From: Azolla caroliniana
Lineage: Eukaryota; Plantae; Polypodiophyta
Assembly: GCA_043228905.1 (NCBI GenBank)
Contig: JBHGNT010000018.1
Span: forward strand, 10,726,001 to 10,790,000
DNA: 64,000 bases
Direction: 5' to 3'
Numbering within the stretch: the stretch's first letter is position 1; each line of letters begins with the position of its first letter. Made by a program: the position numbers and the translations under genes. This document shows positions 22,585 to 35,700 of the stretch, one piece after another. The notes beneath the pieces are model-generated. The model saw only the letters and a list, made by a program, of their open reading frames with translations, did no database searches and was not told where the DNA came from.

Positions 22585-23340
22585 TGTTAGGAAATGGACG
22601 CTTTCAAAAAAAACTTTCACCTCTCGGCCATAACCGAGGAAACGCGAATCAATGCAGAAGTAAATCAAAAAGGACTCAGAGAGAGACTCTAATGCACAGG
22701 GTTTAGCGTGGAAAACCCTAGGTGGGAAAAACCACGGGAGTGCAAGACTCCAACTATCACTATACGCAGGGAATGTACAATGGCGAGCTGCAAGGCGACG
22801 ACCTTGAGCTCGCTGTCCTCGCCACAGGCGGGGGTATTACATAGAGGCGTCGACCTCTTCCTTTCTCTCTCTCTCGCTCTCTCTCTCGGCTGCTCTCACT
22901 TCGCTCCCTCTAAGTGGAAAACAGAAAATGAGCAACAACAACAAAACTGTTTGCCCTAAGTCATATTTATACACATATGACTTTCGGGCTATTTACAAAT
23001 ATAGCCTCGAGGGCCCTTGGCAAACATATTCACAAATATGTCCCCGCATCCGGATCTCTCTCCGGGTACATTCGTCATCCGGCTCCGTAGCCGGGGTCTT
23101 CATCATCCGGTTCCGAAACCGGGTCTTCATCATCCGGCTCCGTAGCCGGGGTCTTCATCATCCGGTTCCGAAACCGGGTCTTCATCATCCGGCTCCGTAG
23201 CCGGGGTCTTCATCATCCGGTTCCGAAACCGGGTCTTCGTCATCCGGCTCCGTAGCCGGGGTCTTCATCATCCGGTTCCGAAACCGGGTCTTCGTCATCT
23301 GGCTCTAACCATCCCATCCGGAGGGACCGTAATCCCAACA
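22585..23340 (-). repeat. 5' LTR of D1 (4 x 55-bp U3 units)
   Basis: Near-identical to 17769-18469 plus one extra 55-bp unit. Confidence 0.93.
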
Positions 23341-26300
23341 ACACCTTCACCGACGGGACGCTCCGGGAGCTCAAGATCGGTGGGGGCGGGTTCCTACTGC
23401 CGGCGGAGGAAGACCGGTTTCGGAGAATGCTCTGAAGGCACGGGAAAGCCTTCGCATTTTCGCCGGAAGAGATCGGGTGCGTAGACCCGACAATCGTGAA
23501 GCCGATGGTGATATTCACGGTACCGCATGTGCCATGGAATCTCAAGCCGATTCCGGTACCAAGAGCTCACATCCCGGAGTTGATGGAGCTATTGAGGCAG
23601 AAAGTCGATATGGGTATTCTCGAACCGTCAAGCGCGCCATACTCAAACCGATGGTTTACCGTACCAAAGAAAAACGGGACATTGCGCTTCATTCAGGACC
23701 TGCAGCCGGTCAACAAAGTGACCATTCGAAACGCAGGAATCAGACCGACCATAGACGAGTTCGCAGAGGCCTTCGCCGGAAGGTCGGTTTACTCGGTCGG
23801 TGATCTGTACTCGGGGTACGACCAGTTCCAGCTAGCCGTGGAGAGCAGAGACATTACGACGATGCGAACTCCCCTCAGCCTAGTGCGAATGTGTACCCTA
23901 CCACAAGGAGGGACCAACTCGGTGGCCCACATGGTGAATGCAATGAACAAGGTACTGAGGGATTGCATCCTGGACATCACCATGCCGTTTCTAGACGACA
24001 TCCCTATCAAAGGGTGCCCGGTGGAAGAGAAGGACGAGACAGTCGGGCTGGACGGATGCCGGCGGTTCGTGGCAACACACATCGACGACTGCGGGAAGGT
24101 GCTACGAAGGCTAGAGGATGCGAGGCTCACCTTCTCCGGGGAAAAATCGGCCTTCGGGCAATCAGAAATCCTGGTGGTCAGACACCTGTGTGGACCATAT
24201 GGCCGAAAGCCGTCGCCGGCAAAGGTAGAAGCCATCTCCGCGGTGAAGACCGACTGTAGCTCGGTTAAGGAAGTTCGGAGGTTCCTGGGGGCATGCGCGT
24301 TCTACCACATATGGATCCCGCATTACGCCCATGTTGCGGAGCCGCTATACGGGTTGCTGAAGAAAGGGCGAAAATTCGAGTGGCGAGACGAGCACACGGA
24401 GTCGGTCCGGAAGCTGAAGGAAGCTCTTGCGGCAGCACCGGCGCTCCGGAAGGCTGTCTACGGGAAGGGTACCCCGGTATACATAACGGTGGATACGAGT
24501 CCGACCGGGATCGGATGGGTCGTCAACCAAGAAGACGAGGACGGCATTCGGTTCCCGATCCGATTCGGCGCAAAGGTCCTCAGTGAGCGACAGCGAGGGT
24601 ACGCCCAGGTTAAACGCGAACTCTGGGGTATCGTTTCGGCAGTAAAGGCCAACAAAGACTACCTGATTGGGACAGAAGTGATTATCGAGACGGATTGCCT
24701 GCCAATTCTCAGCATGGTTTCCGGATGCGCGACACCGGACCTGACGATGCTCAGGTGGATAGCGTACATCAAGTCCCTGGGCCCGGAAATACGGCACATT
24801 TCCGGAAAGGACAATGCCATGGCCGACATGCTTTCGAGGGCGAGGTTTGATGACGAGGGCGGCATGGTTTCGGAGGATGAAGAAGTCGGCGTGGACTTCT
24901 TCGAGGCGGCGTACGTGACGACCGATGGGACGAGCACTCCGGCACTTAACGACTTCGACGAGAGCAAGTACGACGGCGAGTGGCTCCGGATCGGTGGATT
25001 TTTGAGGACAATGACGCCGGGTGCGTCATGGACAAAGGACGAGGCCCACCGGATCCGGAAGAAAGCTTACCGATTCTTTCTCCGGGACGGATACTTATGG
25101 AAGCACCCGAAGAAGAGGAACGGTGTCCCGCTCCGGGTGGTGGCGATGAAGGAAGAACAGGAGGAGCTGCTGACGGCCTACCACGACAGCCCTTGGGTTG
25201 GACACCGTGGAACGTGGGCCACGTTCGAGAAGATAAAGGGGAAGTACTGGTGGCCGGGACTGTACCGGGACGTGCATCGGTTCGTGAAGACTTACGAGAG
25301 CTGTCAGATGCACTCCATAGTCCGACATCGGGACGAGCTACACCCTACGTACCCTCCGACCATCCACTTCAAATGGATGGTAGATCTGGTGAGGATGCCG
25401 ATGGGAGTAGGACAGATGCGGTATCTGGTCCTGGCTCGGGAAGATCTGACGAACCAGGTGGAAGGCCGAGCCCTTCCGAACAAAACGACCGCGGCCATAT
25501 GTCGGTTCCTGCTCGAGGACGTGATATGCCGGTACGGGTGCGTCGGGAAGATCGTGGCTGATCGCGGGGAGTTGGACGCCGAAGAGGCCGAGGAGCTGTT
25601 CGACCGGCTAGGAGTCAAGCTCTCGCTTACCACTGCGTACAATCCGGAGGCGAATGGAAAGGTGGAGCGCGGACACGGACCGATCGTGAAGGCGTTAGTT
25701 CGGGCATGCGGAGGTTAAGTCGGGAATTGGCCGCGGCTGCTGCCTTACGCGTTGTGGGCTGACCGAACTACGCACAGTTCGGTAACCGGGTTCATGCCGG
25801 CAGAGCTCATGTTTGGGCAGAAGCCGATCATGCCGATGGAACGTACGATCTCTTCGTGGGCAACCGTGGACTAGAGAGACGAGATGAGCCGGGAGGAACT
25901 GCTGGCGGCATGTATACGACAGCTCGAGCGAAGACCGGAGGACGTGGAGCAGGCTGCGGAAAAGCTTCGGGAAGCAAGGATGAGGAACAAAGCCCGGTTC
26001 GACCGAACACACCGGCTCCGACCGAAGAAGATCGAGGAAGGCGACTGGGTGCTTGTCTACGACAGCAGCCTCGACAACCAGCACCGAGCGACACGGAAGT
26101 TCGCAAGAAGGTGGTTCGGGCCTTACGTGGTACAAAGCGCCAACGACAATGGGACGTACCATCTGGCGGAACTCGACGGCACGAGAGTGGCAATACCGGT
26201 AGCTGGGAAACGAATCAAAGCGTTCAAGAAGCGTCACGACGACGAGCCGGATCAGGTTAACCTGGGCCGGGACGACAAACGAGGAGGAAATGCGGAGAGT

Positions 26301-26724
26301 CGAGGAGGAAGTGTTGTCGATTTGTGTGTGAAGGCTTCTCTCTTTCCCTGGTTCGCAAACTCCATAGCTTCCTTCTATGCAGGTTTCGGGAGGCTCGCGC
26401 TACTCTGAGGAGTGCCCGAGTGCTTCCGGCAACACCTCCAACCTACTCCTTCCTTTCTGTGCGTTTACGAACAGGTATCGGCATCTGTTCGCCGGCATGT
26501 TCGGTTGTAACTGACTTCGTGTTTTGTCGTCTGTCTTTGTTAATACATACATACATTCGTGTCTCTCTGTGTCGCTGTCCCACTCGCGTCTTGTGTCGAA
26601 GGGCCGTGTCCCCGTGAATCTACTCTCGCACGTGGTGGGTCTCTTCTCCTTTCTCTCTTGCTCTTCGGTACAGGACCCCCGTGGTCCCGCCTCATTCCAC
26701 GCATCCGCGAGGAAAACCTCGACA

Positions 26725-27769
26725 CCGCGTGACGAGCCGCCTCCTCCTTCATCAGCCTTTTCATACCCCCTTGCCCGACGTTCAAGTTCAGGGCCCTTCG
26801 GGTCTCGCTGGCTTGCACCCGACCGTTCCACAGGTACACCACGTTGCTTCTTATCGCCTCGGCGAAGTCCCCGCAGTCCTTCCGTATGTGCCCAACCGCG
26901 TCACACCACATGCACCTGTTTTCAGCCAGAGGTCGTCGGTCACGGGCCTGTTTGCCACCACCCCTCCGTGCCTGGGCGATCTGGAGATCCTTTACCATCC
27001 GCGTCAGCTCCTCCAGAGCTGCTCCCCCGAACGAGCCCTTGACCATGCCGGTTGAAGCCGACCCGGTCTCGAGCCAATCTCGGGTCTCTTCCCTTCGCGT
27101 TGGTGGTGTTGGCTCAAGCGTCTTTGCTGCGACAGAGGCCGCCCCTGTCGATCCTTTGTCAACCCATTCCCGCCGTTTGTCGAAACGGCCACAGACCCTT
27201 TTCACCACGGCCTAGTCAGCCGTCTTCCTGTCATCAGTCTCCAATAGGAGACCTACCTGCTCCCGATCCCGCTCATCAACCGACTTAACAAACAATAGGA
27301 CGCGGCTTGTGTCCAAAACGGTCCGGTCAAGCACCGAGAGGCACGCGAAGCGTTCCTCAAAATCCCGAAGGAGCACTGTTGCGTTCCTTCCTTTGTCGGG
27401 GGTCTCCACCCACTCCATGAAGTCCCGCTTCGAAAGTCGAAGCGCATCTTCAAGCCTGTATCTGTCGAGCAGCCGACCTTCGAACTCCTCCCAGGTCCTG
27501 CTCTCGGCCCGTACCTCGAGCACCTCCGTATGGATACCCGGCATCGCCACTCGAGGGAATCCGGCTAGACGCCTCTCTTCCGGAATGTCCCTCATTACCA
27601 TCTCAGCCCGGTAGGACGCCAAGTAGCTCATGGCATCCTTCCCACTAAACCGGCCGATCGTACCGACAACCGCCTCGATAGCCCTATCAAGGGCGCCGGT
27701 GCCTTCGCACGCACTCACTATACGGTCTACAGCCGAAGCCATGGCTTCTGCAAGGTCCGACCCCCTCAT
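26725..27769 (-). pseudogene. gag: B gag N-terminal part
   Basis: ORFs 27212-27769 and 26540-27208; CMWCDAVGHIRKDC; close homolog of E gag. Confidence 0.85.
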
Positions 27770-27812
27770 CTTCTACTCCTCTGCCGCCTGTTCACGTCGG
27801 GTTCACCAAATA

Positions 27813-28496
27813 TGTCGCGTTGCTACGCGCGTGCGTGGAAAACAAGGCGGGACCACTGGGGTCTTGGACCGAGGAATAGGTGAGGAAGCGAAAGGAGACA
27901 GAGAGAGACATGCTCACACATGTATAGACAAAGAAGTGTGCGGGAACACAGCCCAACAACACAAGAGACACAAGTTGAGCAGGAGATAGGGTAAAAGGGA
28001 CGCGTAAATAAATATATGTATGCAGACGACTCGAACGGTTACAACCGATCAGGTCGACGAGACGGGTGCCGACGCCTGATCACCCATGCACACAGGGGAG
28101 CAAGATGGAGATTCTGTCGGAAGCACACGGGCATTCCACAGAGCAGAATCAGCCTCTCGAGAACCTGCGCCAAGAAAGCTATGGAGAACGACAGAGGAGA
28201 AGAGCTCAGTCCCAGTCCGACAACACTTCATCCCCTCTAGCGCGCGATACCTTCTCTCCCCATCTCCCTCTCTTTTATAGCTCAAGGAGGGAGGCCGCCT
28301 TGCCCGTTTACATCACATTAATTCTCTGTCTTTTCGGATAGAGATACTCCTCGATTCTCCCTATAGAATATTGCTACCTAGGATCTGACCTTTGTGCCTA
28401 CCTATCTACTGTACCACAAGGGGCGTGCCCACGTGTAAGGGCCGGTTTACACACGCTATACACGGTTTGCGCCTGGGGACGGTTTTCTTCACGACA
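27813..28496 (-). repeat. 5' LTR of B, with Trp PBS at 27791-27808
   Basis: TGTCGCG..TTCACGACA; flank ACGT continues into copia D2. Confidence 0.85.
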
Positions 28497-30686
28497 ACGT
28501 CTCATCGGTGGCCTTGGTCGGAAGGAGGTACGGTTTTGCTTACCGGCCAGACAATTAGTGCACTTCTCCAAGTGCACGTTCTTCACTGGAATGAGGTTGT
28601 CGTCTGCAAGCCTCTTCATCCCCTTCTCGCTCATATGACACAGCCTCTTGTGCCACAGCTCACCGGCAGTGTCGGATGCCACATTCACTTCTTCCGGACA
28701 TAATCGGGCATTCATCAGGTACAGTGTGTTGACCTTCCGGGCCCGAACCACTATCAGGCTCCCTTTGCTGAACTTCATGACAACGTTCCGGATGCTACCC
28801 ATGTAGCCTTCATCATCTAGCCGACCGACTGATATCAGGTTCAAACGAACCTCCGAAATGTGTCGGACATCCTTCACCAGCAACTTGCATCCGGTTGGTG
28901 TTGTCAGCCACACGTCTCCTATGCCGACAATTCGGCATGTTCTTTCATTCCGCATCCGGACATAGCCGTGATCACTGGCTGAGTAGGATGAGAAGCATTT
29001 CCGGTTCGGAGTAAGGTGGAACGACGCTTCGGAGTCGACCATCCAGGTCATCTCGTCGCCGGCAAGGTTTATCTCACTCTCCTCGGTAATGAGCATCAAC
29101 TCTTCTTCACTTGCCGTGATTGCCGTCGTCCCCTTCCGGTCCGTTCCCGTCCGGTCTTTACCATTCTGGTCCGGTATCCGCTTCGAATCGGTACCGTCGG
29201 TTTCCTTGTCCTTTCGGAAATGCCGACAGTTCTTTTGGAAGTGTCCCGGCTTGCTGCAATAGAAGCAAGTAGGTCTCCCCCTTGACTTTGACCGTATCCC
29301 CGACCTTTCCTGATTCTGGGGACTACGGTTTCTTTGTCTTCCGTGTTCCGATTCGGTAAGGAGCACTTTGGAGTCGGAGCTCGTATCTTTATCTTTCCGA
29401 CGCGCCTCCTCATCTTGCAAGCTCGACTTTACTCTTGCTAGGGATAACCGTTGTCCTTCCGGCCCGGTGTTGCCCAAAGTGACAACCAACGTCTCCCAGG
29501 TATCTGGGAGGGAACCGAGCAGGAGTAGCGCTAGTACCTCGTCGGCGAGAGGTACTTCCAATGATGTTGCCTGGTGTATCAGCCCTTGGAAGGCATTCAT
29601 GTGCTCCGCCATGTTGGAGCCATCTTAGTACCGGAGTCTTACTAGCTTCTGGAATACCGAAACCTGATTAACAACGTCGATTTTGTCCAGTCTCTTGTCC
29701 CCAAACTGAACCGGCAGCCAGAGGTCTTTAACCACGAGCATGTCCCTCATCTTCGACTTCCACACCGAATAGTTGGAGCCGGTGAGCTGTAACATGCCTC
29801 CCAACGAATCGTCCATTTTCTATGTCGTTTTGCTCTAATACCACTTGACAGGAACTGCACGCTCCCTATACGCAACGCTCGGCCACAAACCGAGCTTAGA
29901 ATCATACACAGAAAACGGGAAATAAATGCACGACAAAAAGAAGAGAAGAGTACACAGGATGTTTACGTGGAAAACCCCAAACTAGGGAAAAAACCACGGC
30001 AGCCCACAGGCTGCAAACTATCACTATGTTAGAATGTACAACAGTGAGTTCACGGAGGCAACGACCTCATGCTCTTGATCTTCGCCACAGGCGGCGGTTT
30101 CAACAGAGGCAACGACCTCGTTCTCTCTCTCTCTCTCTCTCTCTGTAGACGGTTACGCGCTCTCTCTCTTCTTGCACCAACAAGAATAACAACTCAACAC
30201 TCTAAAGTTTGCCCTAAGTCATATTTATACTAATATGACTTTTCGGCTATTTACAAACATAGCCACGATGGACTCTTAGAAACATATTTACGAATATGTC
30301 TCTTCATCCGGAGAGCACTCCTCACCGGGTCTGCACCATCCGGCTCTCCGTAGCCGGGTACTCCTCATCCGGTTCTCACCGGGTCCGCACCATCCGGCTC
30401 TCCGTAGTCGGGTACTCCTCATCCGGTTCTCACCAGGTTCGCACCATCCAGCTATCCCTAGCCGGGTACTCCTCATCCAGTTCTCACCGGGTCCGCACCA
30501 TCCGGCTCTCCGTAGCCGAGTACTCCTCATCCGGTTCTCACTGGGTCTGCACCATCCGGCTCTCCGTAGCCAGGTACTCCTCATCTGGTTCTCACCGGGT
30601 CTGCACCATCCGGCTCTCCGTTGCCGGGTACTCCTCATCGGCACTGTTCTTCTCCCTTCCCATCCGGAGGGACCTGTCTCCCAACA
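28497..30686 (-). mobile_element. Element D2: copia of the D1 family, 5' part (gag-PR-IN start, degenerate), interrupted by B
   Basis: ORFs 29625-29816 and 28398-29612; degenerate iMet PBS 29832-29843; LTR 29846-30686 ending CCAACA. Confidence 0.88.
30322..30640. repeat. ~6 x 54-bp tandem array in the D2 LTR U3
   Basis: Unit CCGGTTCTCACCGGGTCCGCACCATCCGGCTCTCCGTAGCCGGGTACTCCTCAT. Confidence 0.9.
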
Positions 30687-32762
30687 CCAAGTTACCCAAG
30701 ACATTCTGGGCTGAGGCGCTGATGACGGCGACCTATGTGATAAACAGATCACCCTCAACACCCTTGGAAGGAGACTCACCTTAGAAAGTATGGACCGGTA
30801 AAGATGTATCTTACCGGCATCATAAGGTGTTCAGGTGTCTCGCATACGTGCATGTGGCGAAGGACAAGAGAGAAAAGCTGGATCGGAAGTCTAGGCCATG
30901 CATATTCCTTGGATACAACGATGATTAGTTTGGTTACCGGTTGTGGGATCTGGTCGAGAAGAAGGTGTTCCGGAGTCGGGACATAGTCTTCATGGAAGAC
31001 AAGATCATTGCCGACTGGGAGTCAGAGAAGAAGGTGATGAACTCCGGATCATTCAATGAAAACCGGCTTGAGGACACAAGGACTTACCCAAGTTAAAACT
31101 GGACGCTAGTCGGTAATCGGATGACACTCGATGAACCCGCTGGATATGGACAAGAAACCGAATCGACCGAAGAAGAAGAAGAAGACATCAAAACTGGACA
31201 AGATCCTGAATCGGATCCGGATGAGGAACAAATAGAGTATTGGGAAATTCGTCCCTCCGGATGGGATCCGGTGATGAATGAAGAGGACCCGGTGAGAACC
31301 GAAAAGAGAGTCATATCTGTAAATATGTTGCCGTAAGCCTATTGAGGCTATATTTGTAAATATCCCTAAGTTCATATAAGTATAAATATGACTTAGGGCA
31401 ATCACTTTATGTAAGTGAGTGTTGTCACATTGCTGTAACTGTTGTATAGAGACAGACAAAGAGTGACAAAGAGAGCGTGAGAGTAGGGATGAGCACTCTC
31501 TGTTGTAACCGCCACCTGGCAAAGATTGTGAGCATGAGGTTATTGCCTCTGTGCCTCCACTTTGTATTTCCTTCCCTCATATTGATAGTTCGGAGTCTGT
31601 GGGCTCTTGTGGTTTTTCCCTATTAGGGTTTTCCACGTAAACATCCTGTGTATTTCCTTTGTGTACTCTCTTTCATTCCCATTTTTGTGTTCAAGACTCG
31701 GTTGTGGCTGAGCAATATTCCGCGATTCTCCACACGGAGGAACTGGCAGTCAGAAACCAAGGACGGAGATATCCTCTCCAAGAGAGAAGAGCCCCCCGGA
31801 GATTTCCGGATGCAGAGCATGGGTTGCTAACCGATGAGGGGGAGCCGAAAGCTTCGAAGAAGCAAAGAGAGACACCCACAGCCACCAGTAGTTGAGTGCC
31901 ATGCAGGATGAGATGGATTCCCTGCATGAGAGCCACACATATGAATTGACGGAGTTGCCGAAAGGGAAGAGAGCACTCTGGAACAAGTGGGTGTACAAGT
32001 TGAAACCGGGAGATGCCGGAAATCCACCCATGTATAAGGCTCGAATCGTGATGAAGGGTTTCCAGCAGAAGAAAGAAGTGGACTTCGATGAGATCTTTGC
32101 CCCGGTAGTAAAGATGACATCCATCCAGATGGTATTGGGCATAGTGGCAAGCATGGACCTCGAGGTAGAGCAACTGGACATCACGACGACATTCCTACAT
32201 GGCGACCTCGAAGAAGAGATCTACATGCATCAACCAGAAGGATTTGAGAGGAAAGGGAAGGAGCACTTGGTGTGCCAGCTGAAGAAGAGCTTATACGGAC
32301 TGAAGCAAGCTCCTTGGAAATGGTACCAAAAGTTCGACTCCTTTATGAACAACCAAGGGTACCACAAGTCGCAGGCTGATCATTGTGTGTTTGTCAAGAA
32401 ATTTGACGGACGAGACTTCGTGATACTCCTCCTATATGTGGATGATATGCTGATCGTCGGACGAGACCAAGGCAAGATTCGGATGCTAAAGAAGGGTTTG
32501 AAACGGACCTTCTCAATGAAAGACTTGGGGCCGGCAAGACAGATATTGGGAATGCACATCGTCTGGGACCGGTTGAAGAAGCCGTTGTGGTTGTCATAGG
32601 AGAAGTATGTGACAAAGGTGTTTCAACGGTTCAACATGTCGGAGGTGAAACCAGTCGGATCAACACTTCCGGCAAACTGCACGCTATCCGGAAAACAAAG
32701 CCCGAGGACAAAGGCGGAGAAGACGGATATGATGAAGATACCATATGCCTCTGCCGTCGGGA
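30687..32762 (+). mobile_element. pol: Element D3: degenerate copia IN-RT fragment, host of D2
   Basis: KLPKTFWAEALMTATYVINRSP, FLHGDLEEEIYM, YVDDML; many stops. Confidence 0.85.
31238..31734 (+). repeat. Solo LTR of the D family inserted in D3
   Basis: Start TATTGGGA..GTCCCTCCGGATGGG matches the D-family LTR start; contains GGGTTTTCCACG; D3 coding resumes after it; TSD degenerate (TAGAG/CGGAG). Confidence 0.7.
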
Positions 32763-35700
32763 ACTCTCGATCTTCTACTCGCTCCCGGATCTAGTGATAC
32801 CTACGCTGGATGTGTTTCGTCTTGGAATGATACGCAATGTTCTTCGCAAGGTGGATGGCACTTTGACTGTCGCAATAGAGTCGGTATTCCTCTTGCCGGA
32901 TCCCTAGCTCTTCGATGAAGTCCTTCATCCATAGTATTTCCTTGCCGGCTTCCACAGCCGCCATGTACTCCGCTTCCGTGGTTGACAACGCAACCGTCTT
33001 CTACAACCTCGACTGCCACGAAACAGCTCCCCTTGCATATGTCATTACATACCCGGATGTAGACTGGCTGGTATCCACATCAGCTGACATATCCGAATCG
33101 GTAAAACCGTCAAGTTGAGGTTTACCGGAGCCGAATTGGAGACACATATTCGAAGTGCCCTTCAAGTACCGGAGTATCCATTTGACTGCGTTCCAGTGCT
33201 CCTTGCCGAGATTGCTCATAAACCGGCTCACCACTCCGACTGCGTATCCAATATCCGGCCGAGTACACACCATTGTGTACATCAAGCTCCTGACGGCAGA
33301 GGCATATGGAACCTTCACCATATCCGCCTTCTCTACTTTTGTCTTCGGGCTTTGCTTACCGGATAGTCTGCAGTTTGCCGGGAGTGTTGATCCGACTGGT
33401 TTTGCTTCTAACATGTTGAACCGCCGAAGCACCTTTGTCACGTATTTCTCCTGTGACAACCACAATTGCTTCTTTGACCGGTTCCGAATGATGTGCATCC
33501 CCAGTATTTGTCTTGCCGGGCCCAAGGCTTTCATTGAGAATGTTCGGTTGAGAGCCTTCTTCAGTATCCGTATTTTGCCTTGGTCCCGTTCGATGATCAA
33601 CATGTCGTTCACGTACAGAAGGAGTATCAAGAAGTCGCCTCCTTCGAACTTCTTCACAAACACACAGTGATCGGTTTGCGTTTTGTGATACCCTTGGTCG
33701 GTCATGAAGGAGTCGAACTTCCGGTACCATTGTCGGGGAGCTGCTTCAGTCCGTACAGGCTCTTCTTCAACCGGCAAACCAGGTGCTCCTTCCCTTTCTC
33801 CACGAATCCTTCCGGTTGCTGCATGTAGATCTCCTCTTCGAGGTCACTGTGAAGGAATGTCGTCTTCACGTCCAGCTGCTCTACCTCGAGGTCCATGCTT
33901 GCCGCTATGCTCAGCACCGTCCGGATGGAAGTCATCTTTACTACCGGGGCAAATATCTCATCGAAGTCCACACCCTTCTTTTGCTGGAACCCCTTCACCA
34001 CGATCCTAGCTTTGTGTCTCGGGGGGTTGCCGGCATCTCCAGGTTTCAACTTGTACACCCACTTGTTTCGGAGTGCCCGCTTTCCTTTCGACAACTCCAC
34101 CAATTCGTATGTATGGTTCTCATGCAGGGAATCCATCTCATCCTGCATGGCACTTAACCATTTGTGGCTATGGGCGTCACTTTTAGCTTCTTCGAAGCTT
34201 TTCGGTTCCCCCTCATCAGTGAGCAGCACATGCTCTGTATCTGGAAATTGCTAGGGGGCCCTTCTCTCTCTGAGAGGATATCTCCGTCTTTGGCTTTCGG
34301 CAACCGACTCCTCTATTTTTTCTTCATCCTAATCGGATTCGGGGTCTTGGCCGGTTTCGGTTTCACCTATTCCTTCTTCTTCGGCCTGTCTTGTCTCCTT
34401 ACCGTCACCGACCGGTTCATCGAGTGTTAACCGGTCTCTTGCCGGTTGGGTCTGCTCATCGTAGAATTGATCCTTACCGGTCGACTCGGAGTTCATTATC
34501 TTCTTCTCCGACTCCTAGTCGGTGAGCGTCTTGTCCTCCATGAAGATAATATCTTGACTCCGGAATACCTTCTTGTCGGCCAGGTCCCACACTCGGTAGC
34601 CGAACTCATCGTCGCCGTAACTGAGGAATATGCATGGCCGGGTCTTTGGATCCAACTTTCCTCTCCGGTCCTTAGTTACATGCACATACGCGAGACACCC
34701 GAACACCTTCAGATGTTGGTAGGACACTTCCTTACTAGTCCATACTCTCTGTGGAGTGTCTCTGTCCAAGGGTACTGAGGGTGATCTGTTTATCACGTAT
34801 GTCGCCGTCGACAGGGCCTCAACCCAAAACGTCTTGGGTAATTTTGCATGCGCCAGCATACTTCGAACCCTCTCCATTATGGTCCAATTCATCCTCTTGG
34901 CCAACCCGTTTAGTTCCGGCGTCTTTGGCATAGTAAATTTGAGCTGGATTCCCTTCAAGCGGCAGTACTCGTCGAACTACCCCCGGTATTCTCCTCCGTT
35001 ATATGCTCGAACCGCCTTTAGATTTCGGCCGTTTTCTCTTTCCACTCTCGCGTGGAGCTCTTTGAAGGCGGATAACACCTGATCCTTCGTCTTCAACGGT
35101 GTGGCCCACAGCTTCCGGTTGTGGTCATTTATGAACGTCACGAAGTACTGCGATCCGGCATGTGACTTTGTGTCCACATGACACACATCAGTATGCACCA
35201 ACTCCAGTGGTGCATTACGTCTCATCGGTGGCCTTGATTGGAAGGAGGTCCGGTTTTGCTTACCGGCTAGTCAGTCGGTGCACCTCTCAAGATGCATGTT
35301 CTTCACCGGAATGTGGTTGTCATCGGCAATTCTCTTCATCCCCTTCACGCTCATGTGACACAATCTCTTGTGTCACAACTCACCGGCAGTGTCGGAAGCC
35401 ACGTTCACTTCTTCCGGGCATAACCGGGCATTCATCAAGGACAATGTGTTGGACTTCCGGGCCCAAACCACTATCAGGCTCCCTTTGCTGAATTTCATGA
35501 CTCCGTTCCGGATGCTACCCATGTAGCCTTCATCATCTAGCCGACCGGTTGATATCAGGTTCAGTCGAACCTTCGGAAAGTGTCGGACATCCTTCAGCAA
35601 CAGCTTGCATCCGGTTGGTGTTGTCAACCACACGTCTCCTATGCTGACAATTCGGCATGTACCTTCATTACCCATCCGGACACAACCGTGATCACCGGTT

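Larger units (their letters stand above)
17769..23340 (-). mobile_element. Element D1: full-length Ty1/copia (Tork/Tnt1-like), young
   Basis: TSD ACACC on both sides; LTRs 17769-18469 and 22585-23340; iMet PBS 22569-22581; PPT 18470-18480. Confidence 0.96.
17238..26280 (+). pseudogene. pol: E pol (RT-RH-IN), split by D1 at 17769-23340, with several in-frame stops
   Basis: ORFs 17382-17774, 23496-25718, 25884-26408; FLDDI; integrase WMVDL, ADRGE, NGKVERG; WFGPY. Confidence 0.88.
13375..26724 (+). mobile_element. Element E: Phygy-like gypsy inserted in B gag; carries a MITE and copia D1
   Basis: TSD CCGC (13371-13374, 26725-26728); 5' LTR 13375-15076; Trp PBS 15081-15098; 3' LTR remnant ~26281-26724 with PPT and U3 start deleted. 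Confidence 0.92.
4598..28496 (-). mobile_element. Element B: tRNA-Trp-primed gypsy (Phygy-like), split into 4598-5355, 10822-13374 and 26725-28496 by insertions C and E; its 3' end lies beyond A
   Basis: Coding sequence rejoins across the insertions (GACA|FYHIWIPHY; EAARH|AETVHYSAS); 5' LTR 27813-28496; PBS 27791-27808. Confidence 0.9.

Noticed and set aside
23070-23305. Regular 27/28-bp and 54-bp repeats resembling a CRISPR array (also 18255-18432, 30322-30640)
   Set aside because: No unique spacers, no cas genes, located inside copia LTRs of a eukaryotic locus
30288-30784. 18-aa repeat proteins on both strands
   Set aside because: By-product of the 54-bp LTR array
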